58,397 nt of DNA, taken from the IMG/VR virus record IMGVR_UViG_3300028569_002805, positions 1 to 58,397 of that record; one strand, written 5' to 3'. The stretch comes from a virus. Taxonomy: Duplodnaviria > Caudoviricetes. Positions 50,186-58,397 of this stretch are shown here, in pieces (the stretch's first letter is position 1; each line of letters begins with the position of its first letter). A program made the translations under genes and the position numbers. Under the pieces are notes generated by a model. It saw nothing but the letters and a program-made list of their open reading frames with translations, was not told where the DNA came from and did not search any database.

Positions 50186-50775
50186 TAACTTTTGAAAGAT
50201 TTGTAACAATCAAGGAGTCAGAAGAAATTAAAAAATTAGTCATTTATGATTTTGATGGAACATTGTTCAAATCTCCTGATGATAAGGAAGGAAAAGAAAT
50301 TTACGAGGAAGAAACTGGTGAACCATGGCCATTCAAAGGCTGGTGGGGCAGAAATGAATCTTTGCTTCCACCCATAGTTCCTCAGAAGCCAGATCCTCAC
50401 TGGTATATTCAAGATGTTGTCAGTAATCAAAAGAAAGACTCTGAAGATCCAAACGCAAAAGTCGTCCTTATGACAGGAAGACCTTTCCAGATAAAGAATC
50501 GTGTCATGGAAATATTAGATCATGCAGGAATTAGTTTTGATAATACATTTTTTGCAGGACAATCAGGAACTAAAGGATCTGGAACATTTGAAATTAAATC
50601 AAATAATATAAAAATGTTGCTTAACAATGATTTTGATTTGCTTGAAATATGGGAAGATAGACCAGAACATGTTGAAGCATTTACTGATTTAGGACACCAA
50701 TTAAAGAAAACCAATCCTAGACTTCAAAGCGTTATAATCCATGATGTTCCAAATGGAACAACAAATCAATTTTAA
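50182..50775 (+). CDS. HAD phosphatase, Swiss-Army-Knife RNA-repair type
   Basis: YDFDGTLFKSP, GWW, LMTGR, K and WEDRPEH; ATGA coupling to the nucleotidyltransferase. Confidence 0.82.
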   Translation: MITFERFVTIKESEEIKKLVIYDFDGTLFKSPDDKEGKEIYEEETGEPWPFKGWWGRNESLLPPIVPQKPDPHWYIQDVVSNQKKDSEDPNAKVVLMTGRPFQIKNRVMEILDHAGISFDNTFFAGQSGTKGSGTFEIKSNNIKMLLNNDFDLLEIWEDRPEHVEAFTDLGHQLKKTNPRLQSVIIHDVPNGTTNQF

Positions 50776-51101
50776 CCATCAAAGTGTTTTTCATAAATTT
50801 GATAAACTTCACTGTAGGCAACTCCCCACATCGCATCATGGGAATTTTCATAAAAATCACAAATATCTTGGGAATCATGAAGATGATTCCAAGCCCTCGC
50901 ATGAGCAAATTCATGCAATAATGTATCAATTGCCAATCCTTCTGATATATTTTTATTGATTCTTATATAAAATTTCTTTTTATGAAGACAACAATCACCA
51001 TCTACTTCTGTCAATTCAATCCTGCGAACACTTACTGGAAAGGCAAGTGGACACTTTTCTTTTAGAATAGATACCAGTTTTCTGTATGACTCAAATGCCA
51101 T
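50772..51101 (-). CDS. Small zincin-like metallopeptidase (HExxH)
   Basis: TLLHEFAHA...H...WG; start at ATG 51101. Confidence 0.7.
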   Translation of the reverse strand: MAFESYRKLVSILKEKCPLAFPVSVRRIELTEVDGDCCLHKKKFYIRINKNISEGLAIDTLLHEFAHARAWNHLHDSQDICDFYENSHDAMWGVAYSEVYQIYEKHFDG

Positions 51102-51193
51102 ATTTGATACCCACAAAAAAGTTGCTAAATGTTACACTTATATTTATGCCTAAGAAAAAATTCTAAAATTTGAAAATTTACTCCTTTATTTTT

Positions 51194-52057
51194 ATGGAAT
51201 ACTTCGTAAGCGTTGACAGAAAAGCCTATCACGATTGGCAAATTGAACTTCTACTAGAAAGTTTCAAAAATAATTTCATTTTCGACAAAATTTTTGTCGG
51301 GATAAACAGAACATTATATAATCGATATCCTTATATGGAAAATGCCAATACTCACACAAGCACTTATCTATATGATGATGTTGGACGAAAAAAAGGATTC
51401 GCACCTCTAAATGAGGTTTATCAACTATTATGGCTTTTGAATGCCAAAAAGATAAAAAATACAGTTGCAATCATCAAGCCTCACATGATTCTCAAAAGAA
51501 CAATAGAAGATATCATCCCAATTATTGAGGCCAGAGCCTTCCTTTATTCAAGTGATCCATTTTTCACATTTGATTCCGCAATAACTAATTGTGGAGAATT
51601 TTATAAAGAACTTAAAAATCCAAAAGAATTTTATGAAGAAAAATGGTTTAATCTTGGAAACGTATTCATTATCAGCGGAATTCCTGACTGGTTCATTCAA
51701 AAAGTAGCAAAAACCGCAGAAGAACTTATAACAATTCAAATAATTAACAATAAAACTGTATGGTCAGAAACAGTTAGGCTTGCTTGGGTTGTTTCTCTTA
51801 TTGAAGCTTCAAACGACATTGAAGTTTATGAATGCTCAGAACTGTCATCAATCATGAATGATGGCAAAAACACCATGTTCATAGATTACGAACATGGTGT
51901 TCCTCCTGATTTCAATAAATCAATGTTCACATTTCCACCTCCAAAATACATTTCATTTGGAGATCCAATAGAAGTAATATCACAATGTATCTCTACACCT
52001 AATGCCCATACTATGGCAAAAGTAGCGCAAAAAATATTAGCCAAAAGAAAAAAATAA
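51194..52057 (+). CDS. Divergent GT-A protein resembling the SERGT1/HPAT (GT96/GT95) domain
   Basis: FVSV....YHDWQ..LL..SF, F.PLN.....L.LL and VAIIKPHMILKR; start at ATG 51194. Confidence 0.5.
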   Translation: MEYFVSVDRKAYHDWQIELLLESFKNNFIFDKIFVGINRTLYNRYPYMENANTHTSTYLYDDVGRKKGFAPLNEVYQLLWLLNAKKIKNTVAIIKPHMILKRTIEDIIPIIEARAFLYSSDPFFTFDSAITNCGEFYKELKNPKEFYEEKWFNLGNVFIISGIPDWFIQKVAKTAEELITIQIINNKTVWSETVRLAWVVSLIEASNDIEVYECSELSSIMNDGKNTMFIDYEHGVPPDFNKSMFTFPPPKYISFGDPIEVISQCISTPNAHTMAKVAQKILAKRKK

Positions 52058-52444
52058 TTAAATTATTCCAATTTGCTTTGTTTCTGGCAATACAGTGTTC
52101 CTGTCGATAATCATGTAACCACCATGAATGATATCCATCGTTTCTTTAACAAAATCAATAATTCTATCAACACAAAAATCTTTACAAGAATAAATATCCA
52201 TTTTTATATAAGGCTCTTCTTCTTTGTGCCAAACATGGATGCTGCTATGACTCGTTTCAATAACGACAGTTCCTGTAACTCCTTCGTTCCCACATGTATC
52301 GCAGTATTTTGCCACAGGTTCTATAAGAATTTTCATGTCAATAATTTCAACAAGTTTCTTTAGCCAATTCCTGCAAGATTCCTCAGAAACGATAGGATTC
52401 CTAACTGTCGCATTAAGAATCATGTGCTTGTGATTTTTTTCCAT
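52058..52444 (-). CDS. speD: S-adenosylmethionine decarboxylase proenzyme
   Basis: KH.I, GVTG.VVIETSH.SIH.W and DIYSCK.F; GAGGA RBS. Confidence 0.9.
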   Translation of the reverse strand: MEKNHKHMILNATVRNPIVSEESCRNWLKKLVEIIDMKILIEPVAKYCDTCGNEGVTGTVVIETSHSSIHVWHKEEEPYIKMDIYSCKDFCVDRIIDFVKETMDIIHGGYMIIDRNTVLPETKQIGII

Positions 52445-52505
52445 TTTTCCTCAAAAAAAACATAATATATTGCTATCTAAAATCATCAGCACAGGAATAT
52501 TAATT

Positions 52506-52736
52506 ATGCCAAAAATTTATCATAAAAAAGGCATCATTTACATAAACTATGAAGGCGATAACTTTACAGTAAGTAATTGTAAAGAATTTTTGAAAGTATT
52601 AAACAAAATAAAAAACATTTCCTATGATATTGACGAACAATGTTTCTTTGAGCGAAAAATGATCGCAATCGATTTGCTTCATTACGCTCGAAAAGAATTC
52701 ATCAAATATCAGGAAAAACAATGTATAAAAAATTAA
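52506..52736 (+). CDS. Hypothetical protein
   Basis: ATG 52506 after AGGA; overlaps the clpP start. Confidence 0.55.
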   Translation: MPKIYHKKGIIYINYEGDNFTVSNCKEFLKVLNKIKNISYDIDEQCFFERKMIAIDLLHYARKEFIKYQEKQCIKN

Positions 52737-53323
52737 CAGTCGATCCAATCATCAGAGCTAAACATAGCGAACTACTTGATCAACCCGTAATTGTCGTAGT
52801 CAATAATTTTAATGACGAAGGTGTCAAAAACTTTCGTGAAGAAATGGAAAAGGCACACCACACAGGACAACCACTCATACCAGTTCTAATTGATAGCTAT
52901 GGAGGAAGCGTATACGGATGTCTTGATATGATAAGCCATCTAAAAAAATCAGAACTTCCAGTCCACACAATTATAACAGGAAAGGCAATGAGCGCAGGAG
53001 CTATCTTGTTTGGAATGGGACAAACAAGATATATGGCCGAAAACGCAACACTTATGCTCCACGATGCGGCAACTTGGACAGCAGGCAAAACAGAAGAAAT
53101 CAAAAGTACTTCAAAAGAATTAGAAAGACTCAACAAGCTAGTTTTTACTATCTTCGCTCAAAACTGCTGCCAAGAAGATGATTATTTCAACAAAATCATT
53201 CACGAAAAAGGTCACGCCGATTGGTTCCTTACTGCAAAAGAAGCTAAAAAACATAAAATCTGCACTCACATAGGAGTTCCTGAACTAAAAGTTCATGTTA
53301 GCGTGACATATAGTTTCAACTGA
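52721..53323 (+). CDS. clpP: ClpP-family serine protease
   Basis: IDSYGGSV, G.AMSAG (Ser), LMLH (His), DWFLTAKEA (Asp). Confidence 0.88.
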   Translation: MYKKLTVDPIIRAKHSELLDQPVIVVVNNFNDEGVKNFREEMEKAHHTGQPLIPVLIDSYGGSVYGCLDMISHLKKSELPVHTIITGKAMSAGAILFGMGQTRYMAENATLMLHDAATWTAGKTEEIKSTSKELERLNKLVFTIFAQNCCQEDDYFNKIIHEKGHADWFLTAKEAKKHKICTHIGVPELKVHVSVTYSFN

Positions 53324-53330
53324 AATTGGC

Positions 53331-53359
53331 TTTACAAAACATTCTTTTTCGAGTATAAA
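53331..53359 (+). promoter_or_regulatory. Sigma70-like (early) promoter
   Basis: TTTACA, 17-nt spacer, TATAAA upstream of 53403. Confidence 0.6.
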
Positions 53360-53402
53360 GAAGTTGCGAAGAAACTTGCACTCAATACAAGGAATGGTAG
53401 CC

Positions 53403-53702
53403 ATGAACAAGGCCACAAAGAGACCCAAGGCCAAGAGAATCGTCGAAACCAAAGCAGTTGATCAATGCTTTGGTCTAGGTGAGGAAACAGTCAAAATCAT
53501 TGACGCAGATGTCGATCAAGTCATCTGCTTCATCGCTAAGAAAAATGATGAAGATCAAATCTATTTCCCAAAACCAGCTTCCCTTGCCGAAATCGAAGCA
53601 GTTGTTGAACTTCTTCAACGCAAGAAATTCAATCGATTTATGAATGAAGGCGAAATCGAAAAAGCACAAGAATATGCTAACCGAAAATTCCACATTGGTT
53701 AA
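53403..53702 (+). CDS. Hypothetical protein (candidate early gene)
   Basis: AAGGA RBS; flanked by its own promoter and a long hairpin. Confidence 0.7.
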   Translation: MNKATKRPKAKRIVETKAVDQCFGLGEETVKIIDADVDQVICFIAKKNDEDQIYFPKPASLAEIEAVVELLQRKKFNRFMNEGEIEKAQEYANRKFHIG

Positions 53703-53712
53703 TTATTAAAGG

Positions 53713-53762
53713 TTGTCTTTCATTTTGTCAAATCAGAACGTATTTGACAAAATGAAAGACAA
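53713..53762. repeat. Perfect 21-bp inverted repeat with 8-nt loop
   Basis: TTGTCTTTCATTTTGTCAAAT-cagaacgt-ATTTGACAAAATGAAAGACAA. Confidence 0.92.
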
Positions 53763-53773
53763 AAATATTTGTT

Positions 53774-53806
53774 GAAATAACGCACATCGACCGATGTGCT
53801 TATTTC
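53774..53806. terminator. Second stem-loop, possible terminator
   Basis: GAAATAA-c-GCACATC-gacc-GATGTGC-TTATTTC. Confidence 0.55.
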
Positions 53807-53811
53807 ATGCC

Positions 53812-53928
53812 TCAATGTCTTTTCTTTTTAGCAGAATGCTTCTTTTCTTTTTTGATTAACCATTCTTGAAAACCAATATAACCCTCTCCGCACATAGGCA
53901 TGGGAGAAACAGGATCATGAAATTTCAT
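53812..53928 (-). CDS. Small basic ORF (38 aa), absent from the ORF track
   Basis: Hand translation MKFHDPVSPMPMCGEGYIGFQEWLIKKEKKHSAKKKRH; starts 13 nt after the upstream stop and ends just before a hairpin. Confidence 0.45.
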   Translation of the reverse strand: MKFHDPVSPMPMCGEGYIGFQEWLIKKEKKHSAKKKRH

Positions 53929-53941
53929 CGGAATAGTCTTG

Positions 53942-54847
53942 TCAGGATACATCTTTAATTTTTTCTTTTTCATTTTTTAGTCCATTTATTGTTGATCTTC
54001 TAGTATATTTACCTTTCTGAGAAAATAATTTATATTTCAAATTCAAGTGAGGCTTGAATACACCACTCTTAAAATATTTTCTCCAATACTTAATGTAATT
54101 TTGAGTCTGAGTATGATGTATTTTTGTCTTACACATTATGCTATTCGTTTGTATTTCTCTAAACTTTGATAACCTAAATTTTATGTTGTTATCATAAACA
54201 AACAAAGTAAAAGCAATCTCTTCTCGACCAAGCTTTCCAAATGTACCTTCAAAATTCTGGTATTCACTTAACCACTTCCCAACAGGATGATCGTCACCTT
54301 TCACTTTCATAGAAAGATCATAAACCTGACGACCATATTCCTGCAAAATACCATTGTTAAATAAAACGACACCAGAATTAAATGGACTTATCATCCGACC
54401 ATTATTCTGAAACTCTCCACCCCAATGACCCCAAGCATTAAGATCAACAACCATATCATGATATTTCAAAGAATCAAAAAAAGGCCTAACATCTTCAAAG
54501 ATAAATGTATCAGCATCAAGAAGAAGAATCTGATCGTCTTCGACCTGACTAAAAGCAACCCTCTGCAAAGGATGATATCCAGACTCTTCTCTCATATCAA
54601 GATCATGAACAAAATTAAAATTCACATTAAAAACTTTACAATCATTGACGAAAGTTTGTCTGTTAAATTTCTTTATGCCAAAATTATATCTTTCTAAACC
54701 GCCAATATGTCGATTATCACGACCTTTATCGCAAATATAAAGAATTTCTATTGGTATGTTTGGATTGAACTTTCTTACAGTACAAATGCTAAACCAAGCC
54801 ATCTGCATATAAAATGAAGACTCATTGAGAATATACAATATTTTCAT
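53942..54847 (-). CDS. GT-A glycosyltransferase (GT8 / nucleotide-diphospho-sugar transferase-like)
   Basis: S...V...NP, ILLLDADTF (DxD), FNSGVVLF and IHH. Confidence 0.8.
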   Translation of the reverse strand: MKILYILNESSFYMQMAWFSICTVRKFNPNIPIEILYICDKGRDNRHIGGLERYNFGIKKFNRQTFVNDCKVFNVNFNFVHDLDMREESGYHPLQRVAFSQVEDDQILLLDADTFIFEDVRPFFDSLKYHDMVVDLNAWGHWGGEFQNNGRMISPFNSGVVLFNNGILQEYGRQVYDLSMKVKGDDHPVGKWLSEYQNFEGTFGKLGREEIAFTLFVYDNNIKFRLSKFREIQTNSIMCKTKIHHTQTQNYIKYWRKYFKSGVFKPHLNLKYKLFSQKGKYTRRSTINGLKNEKEKIKDVS

Positions 54848-54850
54848 TTT

Positions 54851-55786
54851 TTAGAAACCATAAACCCTTTTGCACCAATCTTCGCCAAAATAATATTTGG
54901 CAAAAACTCTCAACTTCTCAGCTTCAGGCAGAGTTCTGATTAAATCAATATAGTCCTTAATTCTTTTCAAATCAACTTTTTGACCAATTCCTTCAACCCT
55001 ACAATGAGGACAAAATAATTTATTGTTAAAAATAACAGTCTTTTTCTGAATGACTCTGTCAATTTCCTCTCTGTCACTCGGAATACTAATCATAAATACA
55101 CGCTCAATATTCCATTTCATGAACTTTTTAAGTTCAGAATCACGATAATTACTTACATCTCTATCAATAATCATTGCCATATACATGCAATATACATTGA
55201 AATTATGAGCCTGAAGAAGCTCGAAATACCAACCCTCAAAGTTAAGTTCTTTACCAACTTCAGAACCATTGGTGAAAGCTATCCATTCATCCATCAAGTA
55301 AAGAGGCCTGTCATTCCACTTATCATTCTGCTCTATAAGATAAAGATTAAAGCTAGGACCACGAAGTTTATTTGGAATTTCTCTAGCAACATCATTAATC
55401 TTTATAAAAGGTTCTTTTAATATTATAGCCCTGTCTTGAAGAACGTAAAATCCATTGCATCCTTCCTTTATCATATTTTCATTGCGTATTACAGCATTAA
55501 TTCCATGAGTGACCTGATGAGCCCATGTAATCTTATTGTCATCTCGATAACTATGACCCTTCTTCAAATGACTTTCTAAATCTCCTAAAACAACACCCAA
55601 ATCAGGATCACTAGCCTCATAAATTCGATTCCATTTCTTCCAACGTGGCTCCTCTACTTTAATCAAATTTTCTTTTTGTAAATCTTCAATAAATTTAGCA
55701 TTTTCATTTTGTATGACATTTTTTTCTGGCCAAAAGAAAAAAATAAAACCTAAAAAGAAAATTATCAAAACTGCAATGTATTTCAT
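54851..55786 (-). CDS. Membrane-anchored protein with zincin-like HQxxH motif
   Basis: N-terminal transmembrane helix; TWAHQVTHGIN...YLMDEW.AF. Confidence 0.55.
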   Translation of the reverse strand: MKYIAVLIIFFLGFIFFFWPEKNVIQNENAKFIEDLQKENLIKVEEPRWKKWNRIYEASDPDLGVVLGDLESHLKKGHSYRDDNKITWAHQVTHGINAVIRNENMIKEGCNGFYVLQDRAIILKEPFIKINDVAREIPNKLRGPSFNLYLIEQNDKWNDRPLYLMDEWIAFTNGSEVGKELNFEGWYFELLQAHNFNVYCMYMAMIIDRDVSNYRDSELKKFMKWNIERVFMISIPSDREEIDRVIQKKTVIFNNKLFCPHCRVEGIGQKVDLKRIKDYIDLIRTLPEAEKLRVFAKYYFGEDWCKRVYGF

Positions 55787-55801
55787 TTTTTACCTTCCAA
55801 T

Positions 55802-56419
55802 CTATTTACAGTAGATGTACGAATAAGGATAAATTTCCAAAGCTTTTAACCAAAAAGATATCCACCAACTACAATCACGACCACTCAAATCTCCGCTCCA
55901 ACTCCAAGCTCTAAGGAATTCATTTTCAGATAAACCACTTAAATTACCATCACTTGGATTAGCATAAAAAATCATTTCCTCATTATAACCAATAACAACA
56001 ATGTAATGCCAACTATATTCACCACTCCTCACCAACACAATACATGGCTTGCCTTTACTTAAAATGCTCTTCAAGTCTTTTATCAAACCAGTACTTAAAA
56101 TTGAATCGCAACCATAATAATTCAAAGCATTTCTTATCAATTCTGGTGCGGTCATGCCAAAATCTTTACCATCATATGAAAACCAAACAGTCTTAGTTAT
56201 TTTCTTGACTTCTTCTACAGAAACATTTTTATTGTAAAACCTCAATAACATCGCAGTTGATGTGGGACCACATGTTATATCATCAGGCTGTTGTAAAAAA
56301 TCAATAAAATTATTCATGTATCTCGAAGGGTAATCTTTTCTAAACTTACTTGTCAAAGCAACAAATAAAAATAAGCAAAGACAAAAAAATGTCACTCTTA
56401 TAATCTGTGGAGGAAACAT
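55802..56419 (-). CDS. C39-like cysteine peptidase with N-terminal hydrophobic anchor
   Basis: QQ....CGPTS.AM.L, G.P.IV, HYIVV.GY, NP and F...W. Confidence 0.85.
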   Translation of the reverse strand: MFPPQIIRVTFFCLCLFLFVALTSKFRKDYPSRYMNNFIDFLQQPDDITCGPTSTAMLLRFYNKNVSVEEVKKITKTVWFSYDGKDFGMTAPELIRNALNYYGCDSILSTGLIKDLKSILSKGKPCIVLVRSGEYSWHYIVVIGYNEEMIFYANPSDGNLSGLSENEFLRAWSWSGDLSGRDCSWWISFWLKALEIYPYSYIYCK

Positions 56420-57044
56420 GTTTTACCTGATCACTGATAGTAACAACAAAACTTGGCGTGATGTCACATGGGAAGAAAATATAACCCATGAACAAAACGA
56501 TAACCCAAACTATCTATTCAGCGTTTATGACGATCCAATACTGGCTCATATGATGAACTCTGCATACGAAGGATTCAAAAATCCAAATATATGGCTGGCA
56601 GAAGGAGAAGTGACAAATTCATTTGAATTTAGATACGAATGCAGTAAACTAACTGCAAAAAAACAAATTCAAGTAAATGTACCAACAGATGATCAAAGAA
56701 TAGCATTTGCTATTCTTTGTAGCATACAAATTGTTAGTAATCCAATATACAAAGAATGGGCTAAGAACTATCTCTCTGGAAATGACAGGACTAAAGAAAA
56801 AGCAGAATCGGTTATGAGAGAACTACAAGAAATTAAATTGGGAGAATCAAAAAACCGACAAGATGAATATGTCAGTTGTGCAATAGTATCAATTATGTCG
56901 ATAACAACAGATCCATGGACATTTTCTGCAAATACCGCACACAGAGCATTTTATGATAGCCCTGAAGAAGATAGAATCAATTTGATCAAGTTGTCAAACA
57001 TAGCAGTATCTCTCAAAATGGAAGAAATCGCAGAAATATTATAA
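56418..57044 (+). CDS. Hypothetical protein
   Basis: 208 aa with GGAGG RBS. Confidence 0.72.
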   Translation: MFYLITDSNNKTWRDVTWEENITHEQNDNPNYLFSVYDDPILAHMMNSAYEGFKNPNIWLAEGEVTNSFEFRYECSKLTAKKQIQVNVPTDDQRIAFAILCSIQIVSNPIYKEWAKNYLSGNDRTKEKAESVMRELQEIKLGESKNRQDEYVSCAIVSIMSITTDPWTFSANTAHRAFYDSPEEDRINLIKLSNIAVSLKMEEIAEIL

Positions 57045-57665
57045 AGTCCAACGAGATTCATTGTATTTTGTCAAAGATTTCATAAATGATTCCTGCATGT
57101 TTCTTTCTCTATGCTTAAAAGCTCTCAGGAATTTTGCAAAATGCAAATGATCTGCTGCCTGTCCTGAAAAATTCTTCATAAAGTAATCTTTTGCAGCTTG
57201 TGGATCGGCAAACTTGCTGAAATCTCCATCACGACCTGTGCCACTAGGTCCATAAACTTCACCTTGAATTCTATTGTTGGCCCTACTTGAAACATTAGCA
57301 TAAATATCAGTTGGATCTGCTAGATCAATTATTTCATCAGGAGAAACTTTCTTACTGCCTTTTGCCTTCTTTGGCGCTTCATCAGATGAAACACCAAATG
57401 TTCCAATTTCACTTGGTTCGGCAAGATTTACTTTTGATTTCTTTGTTTTACCAGCCTTAAGAATAGGAGAAAAACTAATTGCGCCACCTCCACCAGTATT
57501 ACCATTCCATGTTGATTTTGTGAATTCTCCACGATCATAAAGAAAATTGGCTATGACATTTTTTAATTTAATATAATTAGGAGGCAATTCAGAATAAATG
57601 CTGGCTCCATCAAAGTCATGGTATAAATCACGAATTTTTGTCATTAAATATTCAATGCTTTCCAT
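57039..57665 (-). CDS. Hypothetical protein
   Basis: 208 aa with AAGGT RBS and upstream TAAATA. Confidence 0.7.
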   Translation of the reverse strand: MESIEYLMTKIRDLYHDFDGASIYSELPPNYIKLKNVIANFLYDRGEFTKSTWNGNTGGGGAISFSPILKAGKTKKSKVNLAEPSEIGTFGVSSDEAPKKAKGSKKVSPDEIIDLADPTDIYANVSSRANNRIQGEVYGPSGTGRDGDFSKFADPQAAKDYFMKNFSGQAADHLHFAKFLRAFKHRERNMQESFMKSLTKYNESRWTL

Positions 57666-57746
57666 TTTTACCTTTTTTAATAATCATTAATTAAAACAAT
57701 AAAATCTTAAAGTATTTACATAAGCTGCCATAAATAATTCATGATT

Positions 57747-58397
<651 letters not shown>

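Noticed and set aside
53703-53941. tRNA or known structured ncRNA in the largest gap of the ORF track
   Set aside because: No cloverleaf or T-loop GTTC signature; the gap is explained by two hairpins and a small ORF. A covariance-model search was not possible.

Overview
AT-rich, very densely coded segment of a large tailed dsDNA phage with a T4-like gene set (myovirus, probably jumbo). The window opens at a terminase large subunit. A mostly minus-strand block (about 48.3 to 9 kb) holds a contractile-tail module: a 2896-aa tape measure, tube initiator, gp53, hub, gp5/VgrG-like spike, gp25, gp6, a gp7/gpI-like wedge and three paralogous PKD fibre-like proteins. No capsid, portal, sheath or tube gene, tRNA, CRISPR array, integrase or reverse transcriptase was recognised. 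Accessory genes include a primase, a PD-(D/E)xK nuclease, a 2H phosphoesterase (gp57B/Acb1-like), several glycosyltransferase-fold proteins, five protease-like proteins, SpeD, Pmp3, a Pnk-like kinase, a CCA-like nucleotidyltransferase and an RNA-repair HAD phosphatase. The main candidates for undescribed biology are: (1) a three-gene volactin/MreB-like actin operon; (2) RNA-end-processing enzymes and other proteins carrying T4 capsid-targeting-like N-termini, suggesting injected cargo, one of them with a hidden Tat signal; (3) repeated loss of catalytic motifs in enzyme-fold proteins, especially glycosyltransferases around the fibre genes. All family calls come from motifs recognised by eye; no searches were run.
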